A stretch of 64,000 nt of DNA from a phage. Within the stretch, counting starts at the first letter, position 1; each line of letters opens with the position of its first letter. The position numbers were made by a program, and so were the translations under genes. Positions 9,770-19,886 of this stretch are shown one piece after another. The stretch lies in the sequence record PZ402301.1. One strand, given 5' to 3'. The notes below the pieces were generated by a model, which was given only the letters and a program-made list of their open reading frames with translations, was not told the origin of the DNA and made no database searches.

Positions 9770-10052
9770 GAGAAATAATTCCTTGATAAGCCCAGTATGG
9801 CGGGTTAACAGAATCATCGCCAGAATTTTCTTCAGGAAAATAAACCTGGATAACAAATCCAGATGCATCAAAGGTAAAATAAACCGTAGGTAATTCACCT
9901 AACAATTCAGCACGGTTATTAATTTCTTCGAGTTCTCGTTCTCGTCCAGCCCAAAAACTAGGATTTAGACTACATTCATAAAAATAATAGTCATTACCGA
10001 ACATATCAAAACCCTTCCAACTCTCTACCACGTACCGCTCAAAACTAATCAT
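9741..10052 (-). CDS. hypothetical protein (103 aa)
   Basis: ORF only. Confidence 0.4.
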   Translation of the reverse strand: MISFERYVVESWKGFDMFGNDYYFYECSLNPSFWAGRERELEEINNRAELLGELPTVYFTFDASGFVIQVYFPEENSGDDSVNPPYWAYQGIISRGTKLELKE

Positions 10053-10054
10053 AA

Positions 10055-10294
10055 TTAAGCCTTTTTATCAAGAACCGCATTCAGTTTGTTAGTAATTTTA
10101 TCCAGACGCTCATTGAATTCGCTAGAAGATAAGCCTTTTTCTGGAGAAATCAAACTAATCACGAAAAATATAGCAATAAAAGGAATAAGAAAAATAGCTC
10201 CAACTGCCATAAACAAAAAGAATGTTACAGTTGTAAGAAAATCAGCTAAACCTTTACGAAATTTATACATATTTACCCTTAATTGATTAACCAA
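10055..10294 (-). CDS. small membrane protein (79 aa)
   Basis: hydrophobic segment LADFLTTVTFFLFMAVGAIFLIPFIAIFFVISLI. Confidence 0.45.
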   Translation of the reverse strand: MVNQLRVNMYKFRKGLADFLTTVTFFLFMAVGAIFLIPFIAIFFVISLISPEKGLSSSEFNERLDKITNKLNAVLDKKA

Positions 10295-10384
10295 GCATTG
10301 ATAAGCACTAAACTATATTGCGAATAAAATTCTGGACCAAAATGAAAAATCATATCATTTATAGTGTCCATAATATAATTCAAT

Positions 10385-10855
10385 TTAATCATGTTTCCAC
10401 ACCCCATCGGTATTTGACCAAAGTCGCTGATTATCTGATCCTCGCCACAGCTTTTTGGTCGGAAGATTTTTCTCATACTTCCCATCAATAATAACATCAA
10501 CATATTTAAGCATTTCTAGTTGTTTAATATCTTCAAACTTATATCCTGTCCACAACCAAATGCTTTTATTGGGATAAAGATTTTTTACTGTTTGAACAAT
10601 GCAATGAACAACATCTCGGTTATCAGGATAGAGAGGGTCTCCTCCAGTTATAGTTAATCCTTCTATATAATCATTATTCAAACATTCAATTAATTGTTCT
10701 AGTGTTTCACCAGTGAATGGAACACCATTTCTAGCATTCCATGTTGATTTATTATAACACCCTTCGCATTTATGCAAACAACCTGTAACGAAAAGAACGA
10801 CCCTGCATCCAGGGCCATTCACAAAATCGCAGGGATAAAATCTATCGTAATTCAT
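10385..10855 (-). CDS. nrdG: anaerobic ribonucleotide reductase activating protein NrdG (radical SAM, 156 aa)
   Basis: Cys cluster CRVVLFVTGCLHKCEGC typical of NrdG activase; adjacent to nrdD; length equals T4 NrdG. Confidence 0.9.
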   Translation of the reverse strand: MNYDRFYPCDFVNGPGCRVVLFVTGCLHKCEGCYNKSTWNARNGVPFTGETLEQLIECLNNDYIEGLTITGGDPLYPDNRDVVHCIVQTVKNLYPNKSIWLWTGYKFEDIKQLEMLKYVDVIIDGKYEKNLPTKKLWRGSDNQRLWSNTDGVWKHD

Positions 10856-12746
10856 TGGTGTTTAACCCTATGCATGATTTCTTTATTTTTGCCAAGATTA
10901 AATCCGCGCTCGTTCGGATTTCCCAAATAACCGCAAGTTCTTCTTATGGTGTTCATCTTTTTAGGATCAGTTTCTCCACAAATAGAACAAACAAATCCGT
11001 TTTCAGTAGGAGTCATTTCATGGGTACTTCCGCATGTAAAACATTTATCTACTGGCATATTAACACCAAAATAATCTAAATGTTGTGCAGCATAATCCCA
11101 TACAGCCTCAAGACCTTTTAGGTTATTTTTCATATCAGGAAGTTCAACATAAGAAATGTGACCACCTGTCGCAATGAAATGATACGGAGCTTCGCGAGAA
11201 ATCTTTTCAAACGGAGTAATATTTTCTTCTACTGAAACGTGGAAACTGTTAGTATACCAGCCTTTATCGGTAACATCTTTTACACTTCCATATTTTTCGG
11301 TATCAAGTTTACAGAAGCGATAGCACAGGTTTTCAGCAGGAGTAGAATATAAGCTAAAAGCAAAACCAGTTCTTTCAGTCCATTGTTTAAGATGAATATT
11401 CATTTTAGTTAAAATTTCTTGTCCAATATCACGACCGACAAGAATATTCAATTCGTGAATACCAATGTATCCTAGGGACACTGAACTTCTACCGTTTTTA
11501 AATAACTCAATTATATCGTCATCAGGTTTAAGACGAACCCCGAATGCACCTTCTTGATAAAGAATAGGAGCAACAGTAGCTTTAACCCCTTTTAAGGAAC
11601 TAATTCTACACATCAAAGCTTCAAAACATAAATCCATTCGCTCATTGAACAATTCAGTAAATTTCTGTTCATTGAACTGTGTTCCAATATAAGAATCTAA
11701 CGCAATACGAGGAAGATTCAGTGTTACAACACCAAGATTATTACGTCCATCAAGAATTTCATTACCAGTCGAATCTTTCCATACGCCCAAGAAACTACGA
11801 CAACCCATTGGAGAAACAGGAATAGATGAACCGGTGATAGCTTTATTGTTCTTAGCCGAAATGATGTCAGGATACATTCTTTTACTTGCACACTCTAGAG
11901 CAAGCTGCTTAATATCATAGTTCGGATCGTCTTTATAAAGATTAACACCTTCTTCAACGAACATAACAAGTTTAGGGAAAATAGGAGTTATCCCGTCACG
12001 ACCAAGGCCTTTAATACGATTTTTCAGAATTGCTTTCTGAATCATTCGTTCAGTCCAGTCAGTTCCCATGCCAAATGTAATTGTTACAAAAGGCGTTTGT
12101 CCGTTTGAACTAAAGAGAGTATTTATTCAGTCCAGTCAGTTCCCATGCCAAATGTAATTGTTACAAAAGGCGTTTGTCCGTTTGAACTAAAGAGAGTATT
12201 TAGTTCATATTCATAAGCTTGGAATGCATCGTATACGTCTTTTTCTGTTTTAGATTGGGCATAATTCAACGCATCAGCGATTTGCCATTTTTCTGCATCC
12301 TCAATATGTTTTGCATAGGTGCGTTTAACATAAGGAGAAAGGACTTTATCTACATTCGCAAAAGTCGTTCCACCATATTGATGGGAAGCAACCTGTGCAG
12401 TAATTTGTGCCATAATTGCAGTAGCAACACCGATTGATTTAGGAGTTTCAATCTGTGCATTACCGAGCTTAAATCCGTTCTCAAGCATTCCTTTTAAATC
12501 TACTAAACAGCAATTAGTAAATGGAAGAGCAGGGGAATAATCAATATCATGGAAATGAATAATTCCGCTTTCATGCGCTTTCATAATAAAAGACGGGACC
12601 ATATTTTTGGCAATGTGTTTAGACACAATACCAGCCATAAGGTCCCGTTGAGTTGGAAAAACACGAGAATCTTTATTAGCATTCTCGTTTAAAAGGTCTT
12701 TATTAGTTTTATGAATCAATCCTTCAATTTCTTTTTCAATTGTCAT
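10852..12746 (-). pseudogene. nrdD: anaerobic ribonucleoside-triphosphate reductase NrdD, disrupted by a 77-bp tandem duplication (split into 207-aa N-terminal and 405-aa C-terminal ORFs)
   Basis: Two ORFs (12123..12746 and 10852..12069) both contain GMGTDWTE; removing one 77-bp copy restores a single 605-aa reading frame equal to T4 NrdD length; C-terminus carries glycyl-radical motif RRTCGYLG and a Cys-rich zinc ribbon. Confidence 0.85.
12049..12202. repeat. perfect direct tandem duplication, 2 x 77 bp (12049..12125 and 12126..12202)
   Basis: identical 77-nt units TTCAGTCCAGTCAGTTCCCATGCCAAATGTAATTGTTACAAAAGGCGTTTGTCCGTTTGAACTAAAGAGAGTATTTA read directly in the sequence. Confidence 0.97.
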
Positions 12747-13216
12747 TTTAAACTCTTTCTAAGCTGCTTCTTAAATGAAGCTATTAATTGTGTTTTAGTG
12801 TCAGATTCATTATATTCAAATCCTCTTTGAAGCATCTCAGCCATCATTTCCTCTTTTCCTAAACGAGAAAATTCCTTTGATTTATCTCCAACGAAGTTAG
12901 GGTGAATATTATTTTGGGTGTAATCGGATTTTAAATAAGTAAGTAAATTTTCTAGCCATTCAAGATAATCAACACCTTGTCCCTTTAAGCCAGAACGATT
13001 GAATTTATGCTTCATTTGACCTTCTGCAGCATTACAGAGATTACATAGCAACCCACGTACCTTTCCTGCTTTTGGTCCATTTAATTCATGGTCATGGTCA
13101 AGGTGATTAGCTTGAACATCAGGATTTAGTTCTCGTTGGCAAATTAAGCATTTACCGTTTTGTGCATCATAAAATTTCTGTTTTTCTTCTTTGTATAATT
13201 TGCCAGTCAATAACAT
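12743..13216 (-). CDS. 49: endonuclease VII (Holliday junction resolvase gp49, 157 aa)
   Basis: 157-aa ORF with zinc-binding CLICQ...HLDHDH...CNLCN motifs; same length and position as T4 gp49. Confidence 0.9.
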   Translation of the reverse strand: MLLTGKLYKEEKQKFYDAQNGKCLICQRELNPDVQANHLDHDHELNGPKAGKVRGLLCNLCNAAEGQMKHKFNRSGLKGQGVDYLEWLENLLTYLKSDYTQNNIHPNFVGDKSKEFSRLGKEEMMAEMLQRGFEYNESDTKTQLIASFKKQLRKSLK

Positions 13217-13265
13217 AATAAAACCCTTACCTTGAATAGATAAGGGTATTTATTATTTTCAAGTA

Positions 13266-13730
13266 TTAAAATGCTCGGTCAGAAAAAGAAATTTGAGTTT
13301 CAAGCCATTCAATATATTCTGCCGCAGCTTGCATCAAATTTCCTTCATAACCATCGTTATTTTCTTGTGCAGCTAATTTAGCTAATGCATATGAAATGCG
13401 TTCACCTTGAAAAGCGGCTTTAGGTTTATGAATAACTTGATCAACTCGTTCTACGACCTCTTCAATTTCGCCATTTTCTACTGATTCAGTATTCCACAAG
13501 CACCAATACGTAATTGGCTTATCGTAGATGTTAATAATCTTTCCATCAGAAAGTTCAATTTCAATAATTCCAGTATCAGGTTCTATATCATCTTCGCATT
13601 CTTTTGCAAGTTCACGAACTTTAAAGACAGCACCTGCACTAAGTTCCGGCCAGTAATTACACAGCCCTGTATCAGCACGATTAATTCTAAACCACTTATC
13701 TACTGTAATCATGTCCCATCTCCATATCAA
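13266..13730 (-). CDS. hypothetical protein (154 aa); positional candidate for pin (protease inhibitor)
   Basis: position immediately after gene 49 as for T4 pin; no motif recognised. Confidence 0.4.
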   Translation of the reverse strand: MIWRWDMITVDKWFRINRADTGLCNYWPELSAGAVFKVRELAKECEDDIEPDTGIIEIELSDGKIINIYDKPITYWCLWNTESVENGEIEEVVERVDQVIHKPKAAFQGERISYALAKLAAQENNDGYEGNLMQAAAEYIEWLETQISFSDRAF

Positions 13731-13835
13731 TTAAGTCATTTATCGTTGGTTCATTATATACTGTTTCTTCATCAGTGTAAACCGGTTCTTCCGGCTCTGG
13801 CTCTACTGTTTTCCATCTAGCCGCCCACCAAGGTT

Positions 13836-14156
13836 TTATAGCGTAATCCATTCTCGTATTGTCTGAGTTACTACACGTTCACGGGGCTCGACTAGTTCAA
13901 CAGTCGGAACTGCATAATACCAGTCAGAATGGTAAGAACCTGAGCGAGATTCATTTACGGAAACATGTACATTATGTTTCGGACTAAAATAAACGCACTG
14001 CCGATATTGGCATTTGCCATCTTGTACCCAATCTTCTATTTCGACAGGTTTAAGATAATCCGAAAAATCGAAATCATAATTTTCTGAAAATGCATCATGG
14101 TCTTCGATGATTTCACTCAGAACTGCATCAACATCTAATTTATTTTCAATAGTCAT
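13836..14156 (-). CDS. hypothetical protein (106 aa)
   Basis: ORF only (49.x-like position). Confidence 0.4.
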   Translation of the reverse strand: MTIENKLDVDAVLSEIIEDHDAFSENYDFDFSDYLKPVEIEDWVQDGKCQYRQCVYFSPKHNVHVSVNESRSGSYHSDWYYAVPTVELVEPRERVVTQTIREWITL

Positions 14157-14167
14157 TTGTCACCACT

Positions 14168-14377
14168 TTAATTTCGCAATTTATTAAGTTCTTCATAATC
14201 AATCCAGGATTCTAATCCTGATGGCAAATCAGATTCAATTTCCCAAAGAAGCTCTTCAATTTTCTGAAGACGATCTAATTCTTCGGCTGGAATAGTAACC
14301 ATTGACGGAGTTCTTGATACACTAATATCGTAAATCATATTTACCCCAGTTTGACCATGCAATCGCCGTATTTCCAT
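14168..14377 (-). CDS. hypothetical protein (69 aa)
   Basis: ORF only. Confidence 0.35.
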   Translation of the reverse strand: MEIRRLHGQTGVNMIYDISVSRTPSMVTIPAEELDRLQKIEELLWEIESDLPSGLESWIDYEELNKLRN

Positions 14378-14556
14378 TTAGAAATAGACTTTTCACCGTT
14401 AGAATAATAAACTTCGAGTTTAGCACGATTATTTTTAATTTGAATAACCTTTGCTGTCATCAAAGTTCCATATCCATAATAAACTGCAACCTCATCGCCT
14501 ACATATACCGCGCTTCCGCGGTAGTCATGGATATAATCAGTTCCTTCGAGCATCAT
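14341..14556 (-). CDS. hypothetical protein (71 aa)
   Basis: ORF, stop-start overlap with nrdC. Confidence 0.35.
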   Translation of the reverse strand: MMLEGTDYIHDYRGSAVYVGDEVAVYYGYGTLMTAKVIQIKNNRAKLEVYYSNGEKSISKWKYGDCMVKLG

Positions 14557-14816
14557 TTAAAGTATTCCCGCAATTGGTCAAATCCACCAATATGACTTCC
14601 ATCAGGAGCAAATACTTGTGGCATTGTCAGCCCAATTTGAGTATCACGACCCAGTTTAGTTAGAAGCTCAGCGATTTTCTCATCATCAAAAACACCTTTT
14701 TCCGGCATAATGTTGATAAATTCAAACGGCTGTTTCTTCACAGTCAAGAGACGTTTTGCATTATCGCAATACACACATTTATGGATGTTGCTATCATAAC
14801 CATATACTTTAAACAT
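14553..14816 (-). CDS. nrdC: phage glutaredoxin/thioredoxin NrdC (87 aa)
   Basis: 87-aa ORF MFKVYGYDSNIHKCVYCDNAKRLL... with CVYC active site; matches T4 NrdC as recalled. Confidence 0.9.
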   Translation of the reverse strand: MFKVYGYDSNIHKCVYCDNAKRLLTVKKQPFEFINIMPEKGVFDDEKIAELLTKLGRDTQIGLTMPQVFAPDGSHIGGFDQLREYFK

Positions 14817-14817
14817 A

Positions 14818-15060
14818 TTATTCCTTAATTCCTAGTACTTGTTTAAAAGCCTCGTCGTAATCAAGACTTTGACCCGTTTGTTCTTTATGTTTGTATATAA
14901 TATCACTTACTTCTGATAGCATATTTTTATATGAACGAGTTAAAGCAGATTTAAGCACGCTGTATCTATCAGGAAATTTACCGTGTTCATTATAATACGC
15001 TATTGCTAATTCACGGACTGCCTTTTCAGCAATCTCCATATATTCTTTACGCTTTGTCAT
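14818..15060 (-). CDS. hypothetical protein (start placed at internal Met)
   Basis: ORF only. Confidence 0.35.
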   Translation of the reverse strand: MTKRKEYMEIAEKAVRELAIAYYNEHGKFPDRYSVLKSALTRSYKNMLSEVSDIIYKHKEQTGQSLDYDEAFKQVLGIKE

Positions 15061-15061
15061 T

Positions 15062-15451
15062 TTAATCCAAAATATTATTAGGCATTGGTTGAACACTCGC
15101 AAGTTCTTTAAAGAACTCAGTAGAGTCAGGTAATTTAACCATTTCCGGAGCATGCTTACTAAATTTATGTTTGCAATGACGGCATTTATATTCAAGTTCC
15201 GGTTTACGCCAGTTAATCAATTGAACCTGTTCAGTACCGCATTCAGGACAATTAGGAACGTTTTTAGAAGCCCTTTCGCGACGTTCAACCATAGCCATAA
15301 TAGCATCCCAGGCTGGAGGTTTAAAATCTAAATCGTCACAACCATGAATCTTTCCACGCATTTCTAAATCGTCTTCTTCACCAGCCATAATAATTTTAAT
15401 TAGACTGGAATTACTTGAAGCTGCAATATCTTCTAATAGACGCTTTTTCAT
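15062..15451 (-). CDS. hypothetical protein with zinc-ribbon-like CPEC...CRHC motif (129 aa)
   Basis: Cys pairs NCPECGTEQ and CRHCKHKF. Confidence 0.45.
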   Translation of the reverse strand: MKKRLLEDIAASSNSSLIKIIMAGEEDDLEMRGKIHGCDDLDFKPPAWDAIMAMVERRERASKNVPNCPECGTEQVQLINWRKPELEYKCRHCKHKFSKHAPEMVKLPDSTEFFKELASVQPMPNNILD

Positions 15452-16377
15452 TTCAGTACCTCAATAGCATTACGTAAACCATTTGCTTTTGCATTAAGAG
15501 CTTTTAACAATTTAGTGTGTTCGGCAATTTGGGCTTCAACTTCAATCAAACGAGCATTGAGATATTCGCGTTCTTCGCTCAAGCTATCAACCTTTTCTAC
15601 TTTAGGTTCTTTTACAACTGGCTTATATGTATTAGGGTTCTTCAGTTTAATTAGAATACGTGAACTGTATAACATTGAACCATTATTTTCGATTTCGTCA
15701 TACATTTCTACTACGTCCATGATTTTTAACATCATGCGGAGTTTATAAGATAACGAACGAATAGTTTTGTTGTGCTTATTAATTTCTCTAGCTGTCATGG
15801 TGCCGAGATTACGTGAGTAATAATAAGGAACCTGGATATTAATTAATACTGATGAACCACCTGGCTTGTGTGTTACTTCATCAGCAATAACCCAGTCCTT
15901 AACATGAACTGTATTTGTACGGTCATCGCCCGCGGTAAATAGTTTACGAGCATGCTTAAAAAGCATATTCACTTGGTCATTGAATTGACAAGCAAATTTA
16001 TCAGCAAATTTAGTTTCAGGAATGGTAGATAACCAATCAGCCAAATGGGTCTTTTTAACATCGTTAACAATAGTAAATTCAACTAAATCGGTTATAGATG
16101 TCGTAGATTTAATGAAGCTCGGCTTCATAAAGTTTTCAATGTTATCACGAGCTACAGTAGAAGATAACATACGAGAACGTTTAAACCATTCAAGCAAATT
16201 GCCTAACGAATAAGAATAAGCGTTTTGAGTATCTTTACAGATATGATTTTCCTGGCCAACATATTGAAGGAAATCACGAAGAATATTATTGATTACTGCT
16301 CTGTGTCCGATCTGATAATTACGGTGTTTAGTAATAAGACTGTCAAAATAATCAATATAATGTTTACGAGTTTTCAT
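15448..16377 (-). CDS. paralogous family member 1 (309 aa), C-terminal coiled coil
   Basis: shares architecture and C-terminal heptad-rich tail with the next three ORFs. Confidence 0.55.
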   Translation of the reverse strand: MKTRKHYIDYFDSLITKHRNYQIGHRAVINNILRDFLQYVGQENHICKDTQNAYSYSLGNLLEWFKRSRMLSSTVARDNIENFMKPSFIKSTTSITDLVEFTIVNDVKKTHLADWLSTIPETKFADKFACQFNDQVNMLFKHARKLFTAGDDRTNTVHVKDWVIADEVTHKPGGSSVLINIQVPYYYSRNLGTMTAREINKHNKTIRSLSYKLRMMLKIMDVVEMYDEIENNGSMLYSSRILIKLKNPNTYKPVVKEPKVEKVDSLSEEREYLNARLIEVEAQIAEHTKLLKALNAKANGLRNAIEVLK

Positions 16378-16429
16378 GTTCTTCTCACTTGGTTAATGAT
16401 TTATACTCCGAGCCATCCTTGGCTTTAAA

Positions 16430-17431
16430 TTACTTAATTAACTGTAAAGCTTGTTCAAGACGATCCAGGCGATTAACAGATTCTTCCCAAATCCTTTTAG
16501 CCTGCTCATATTCTTTCTGCGCTTTATTAGAAATTTCTAGAACTTCTTTATAAGTCTTTTCTAGTGCAATAACTTCTGGACGAATTTCTACAGGTTCAGG
16601 CGAATCATCAAGATTATCCATTAGTTCCTCAAGTGTAATTTCTTCTTTAGGAGTATTCACAATTTCATCACATTTTTGTTGGTAAATTTCTTTATCAGTC
16701 GGTGAGTATGCACATTTCACTTCACGAAGACTAACTACAATTTTATATCCTTCCCAACCGCATATATTCTTAAAAGGATACGTATGAATATTTTCTACTG
16801 TTTCCATACAAAGTAATGCGGTTTCTAATTGACGAGTTATAGTGCTAGCAATTGAGAAAAATTTATTAATGTTCTTTTGGTTAGTTTCTGGTGTAAAAAA
16901 TCCATAATTCACAAAAATAGATACTTTATTTTTATCAAGTTCATATTCTTTTATGATAATCATATCAGAAGCCAAAGGATGAATTTGACGATAATTGCCA
17001 TAACATAATTTAGAAGCTGATTTTAGAATTTGCTTTTTGAAAAGTCTGAAATTACTAATCCAACGACGAGTAAAAATATTCTCAGGGTCTTCTTTATTAT
17101 TAAGATGATAAGAATTAACATCACCGAACCAATTATATCCTACTACATCTTTGGTTCGTTTAATTTCTTTCCCAAAATTACCAAGAATATCCCGATTAAC
17201 CAAATATGAAAGAAGACGAGAACCTTTAAAGGTTTTCTTAATGTCATCTTTATCCGTACGACTAGAAATTTCACGAACTTCGTGAATAAATTTGCTGGAA
17301 GAAACAATGCTTACATCAATATTATTGAGCCATCGATTGATAATGGAAATAACGATATTCTGACTAGTCATAGGTTTAACTTTATCATCAATAACGCTAT
17401 TGAATGATTTGATATATTCGTTACGAGTCAT
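16430..17431 (-). CDS. paralogous family member 2 (about 333 aa from internal Met), C-terminal coiled coil
   Basis: start chosen downstream of early promoter at 17461..17489. Confidence 0.55.
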   Translation of the reverse strand: MTRNEYIKSFNSVIDDKVKPMTSQNIVISIINRWLNNIDVSIVSSSKFIHEVREISSRTDKDDIKKTFKGSRLLSYLVNRDILGNFGKEIKRTKDVVGYNWFGDVNSYHLNNKEDPENIFTRRWISNFRLFKKQILKSASKLCYGNYRQIHPLASDMIIIKEYELDKNKVSIFVNYGFFTPETNQKNINKFFSIASTITRQLETALLCMETVENIHTYPFKNICGWEGYKIVVSLREVKCAYSPTDKEIYQQKCDEIVNTPKEEITLEELMDNLDDSPEPVEIRPEVIALEKTYKEVLEISNKAQKEYEQAKRIWEESVNRLDRLEQALQLIK

Positions 17432-17460
17432 ATTAATCTCCTCAGTAGAAAGTAAGAACA

Positions 17461-17489
17461 TTATACCACATCCTTGTGGCAAAGTAAAC
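17461..17489 (-). promoter_or_regulatory. T4-type early promoter
   Basis: minus-sense GTTTAC -35, spacer with palindrome CCACA-TCCT-TGTGG, -10 GTATAA. Confidence 0.45.
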
Positions 17490-18517
17490 TAGTTTAGTGC
17501 ATTTAGTGCATTGTTCAGTTTAGAACGTTGCTTCGTGAGATTTTTGACTTTTTCTTGAGCTTTTTCTAGCATCTTTTCAGCTTCTAACACTTCATTAGTT
17601 GCTTTAACGAGTTCATCATCTACTGCCTTGATAGACTTCTCAATCGCATCGGCATGCCATTTTTCAACAGGTTTAAGACTCGGATTTTCAACAGGAAGAA
17701 AATTCACTTTATTGAATTTCCATGCATCCTTATTACCTGAACTATACATCCAAAATTTAGGATCGTTTGATGAGTAATTGGATAAATTTAAATTTAAGTT
17801 ATCTTGCACTTCCTGCTTTTTCTCTTGCGGGACTTCGTCCTTTCTCAAAAATTCATATTTAAATGAAACGATCATATCAAGTTCATATGTTGTTGTGTCT
17901 AATTTAAATCGTTCGAAATGTTGTGAAATCTTAGACTGAACAGCAGCAACAACATCCATATACTTAAATGCTTCTGTCAACTGCGATTTAAGGCATTCGC
18001 AAATTGAAAGAGAATTTTTTGTATTAGGTTTAAAGCTAATTCGTGCAGTTCTGTTATTTTCTTTTAATGGTCTTACTTCCATCTGAAGAGTATAACCATC
18101 AAATTTCAGGTTCTTTAAGTTAATGTCAGAACCTTTTAATCGACTAGCCGTCGACAAAATTTGCTTTAATTGTCTACGGAACAGAGCAATAAATCTCCAT
18201 TCAATACGATAATGATTTGGATTGAAAAATCCAGATGATAAATCGACCTTACTTTGACCAACGCCTTGAACAAATAGAGGATTTTTATAATCAATGGTTT
18301 TACAGAAATCGGTGAGTTGCTCACGAGCAGTCATTTGTGTAATATACCCCGCTTTACTAAAATGACGTAACCATTCACTGCTATTCGTATACTTAAAGTG
18401 ATGAATAACACGATTAACTTTATCAGGGTCTAAATTATTTTCACACAAAAATGTCATAACATCACGAGTATAGCTGGCGTTACGAACCATATCTTCAATT
18501 TGAGAACGAGTTTTCAT
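17489..18517 (-). CDS. paralogous family member 3 (342 aa), C-terminal coiled coil
   Basis: N-terminus MKTR... like member 1; internal motif WRFIALFRRQLKQILSTASRL resembles equivalents in paralogues. Confidence 0.55.
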   Translation of the reverse strand: MKTRSQIEDMVRNASYTRDVMTFLCENNLDPDKVNRVIHHFKYTNSSEWLRHFSKAGYITQMTAREQLTDFCKTIDYKNPLFVQGVGQSKVDLSSGFFNPNHYRIEWRFIALFRRQLKQILSTASRLKGSDINLKNLKFDGYTLQMEVRPLKENNRTARISFKPNTKNSLSICECLKSQLTEAFKYMDVVAAVQSKISQHFERFKLDTTTYELDMIVSFKYEFLRKDEVPQEKKQEVQDNLNLNLSNYSSNDPKFWMYSSGNKDAWKFNKVNFLPVENPSLKPVEKWHADAIEKSIKAVDDELVKATNEVLEAEKMLEKAQEKVKNLTKQRSKLNNALNALN

Positions 18518-18525
18518 GGTGTTCC

Positions 18526-19416
18526 TTAAGATTTAAGTAAATCAACAATTTTAATTAACTTTTCACGCTCAGATTTAGCTTTACTACTCAATCCAGATAG
18601 TCTGAAAATTTCATCGTCATATTGTTGAATAGAAATATTCAGCTCTTCAATCTGTTTATTAAAATAATCAATTTGTTCAGAATGTTTTTCGTTACTACGA
18701 ACTGGTACAGGTTTTGTAGGCAATGTAGTTGAACTGGATTCATCCGGGCGATAAATTAAAATACAACTTGAACCAATAGGGCATTTTGCACCAGATGAAT
18801 ATTCTAATGTTCCAGCTTCTTTTAAAACTTCAAAAGCTAAACAGAGATGATGCCCCATATTAACATAATCTGTAGAGTGAGCTCTGATGTAATAATCATC
18901 GCCACGAATACTAAATTTAAAGCATTTAAGGTCTTCTGTATTATTGGTCTTAAAAATCATCTGTTTATCTAGACCTTTAGCTAATCGAGCGCCCAATGCT
19001 AATAATCGTCGCTGATTTTCCCACAAATCCGCAATCATTTGGTCGAATGATAATTTTGGCATTAGTCGACCATAAAGGTCATATCCTTTATTGTAATTAC
19101 GAAGGATTTCACTCGCGTTAATACGAGACAATGCTCCAATTTTATTAAGGGCTTTCATAATGCGATTAGATAAACTCATTCCAGATCCATTTGTTCGCTG
19201 TAAATGTTTTTCTAATCCAAATCCAATATCAACTTTAAACTTATCTAAAATTTCTGCATGAACATCTCTGTCAATAACATTCAAATCCAAAGTTGGGTTA
19301 AATCTATGAAAAAACTTATCTGGCTCTCCACGGCGAAATACAGTCCATTCATTCATCATTTTTTTATTAGCTAAAGATTTAATTACTGCATTGACATTAT
19401 TAATTACTACTGACAT
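18526..19416 (-). CDS. paralogous family member 4 (about 296 aa), C-terminal coiled coil
   Basis: start at internal Met avoids overlap with upstream gene. Confidence 0.5.
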   Translation of the reverse strand: MSVVINNVNAVIKSLANKKMMNEWTVFRRGEPDKFFHRFNPTLDLNVIDRDVHAEILDKFKVDIGFGLEKHLQRTNGSGMSLSNRIMKALNKIGALSRINASEILRNYNKGYDLYGRLMPKLSFDQMIADLWENQRRLLALGARLAKGLDKQMIFKTNNTEDLKCFKFSIRGDDYYIRAHSTDYVNMGHHLCLAFEVLKEAGTLEYSSGAKCPIGSSCILIYRPDESSSTTLPTKPVPVRSNEKHSEQIDYFNKQIEELNISIQQYDDEIFRLSGLSSKAKSEREKLIKIVDLLKS

Positions 19417-19423
19417 ATTTTCC

Positions 19424-19831
19424 TCACTCAATTTCAATTTTACTAAATACACAGAATATGATTGAACAGACTACATAAGCACCACACACAGATTGAACTA
19501 ATACCATCCCAAAGAACCAAACAATATTATCAAACAGTGTCTGTTTTACGTCGAAAGGACGTAAACTTACAGTAATATTATCACCTTTTTCTATTGAAGA
19601 ATACATCTCTGGGGAAATATATTCACTAAATCTATAACCGTCTTTGAGTTCATATACGGCAATAAACGATAAACTAGACCCTTTTCCTTGTGTTCCTGTA
19701 ATGGTATTAACTACAGTAACATCATAATCTTTATAATGCATATAATCATTAATTGCGTAATAACCGTATGCAACTACTACACATAAACAACATATCAATA
19801 AATTCAATCTTTTAATTATCAACTGTTTCAT
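19424..19831 (-). CDS. membrane protein (135 aa, N- and C-terminal hydrophobic helices)
   Basis: hydrophobic segments LLICCLCVVVAYGYY and IVWFFGMVLVQSVCGAYVVCSIIFCVF. Confidence 0.5.
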   Translation of the reverse strand: MKQLIIKRLNLLICCLCVVVAYGYYAINDYMHYKDYDVTVVNTITGTQGKGSSLSFIAVYELKDGYRFSEYISPEMYSSIEKGDNITVSLRPFDVKQTLFDNIVWFFGMVLVQSVCGAYVVCSIIFCVFSKIEIE

Positions 19832-19860
19832 AATAATCTCAATTAAAAGGGCTTAGAACC

Positions 19861-19884
19861 ATTATACCATCCTTGGTATAAAGC
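19861..19884 (-). promoter_or_regulatory. candidate MotA-dependent middle promoter
   Basis: minus-sense CGCTTTA (MotA-box-like TGCTTtA) about 12 nt upstream of TATAAT. Confidence 0.35.
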
Positions 19885-19886
19885 GG

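Noticed and set aside
10852-12746. Possibility that the nrdD split reflects a group I intron as in T4 nrdD
   Set aside because: The gap between the two ORFs is only 54 bp and is explained exactly by a 77-bp duplication; no intron-sized insert or intron-encoded endonuclease is present.
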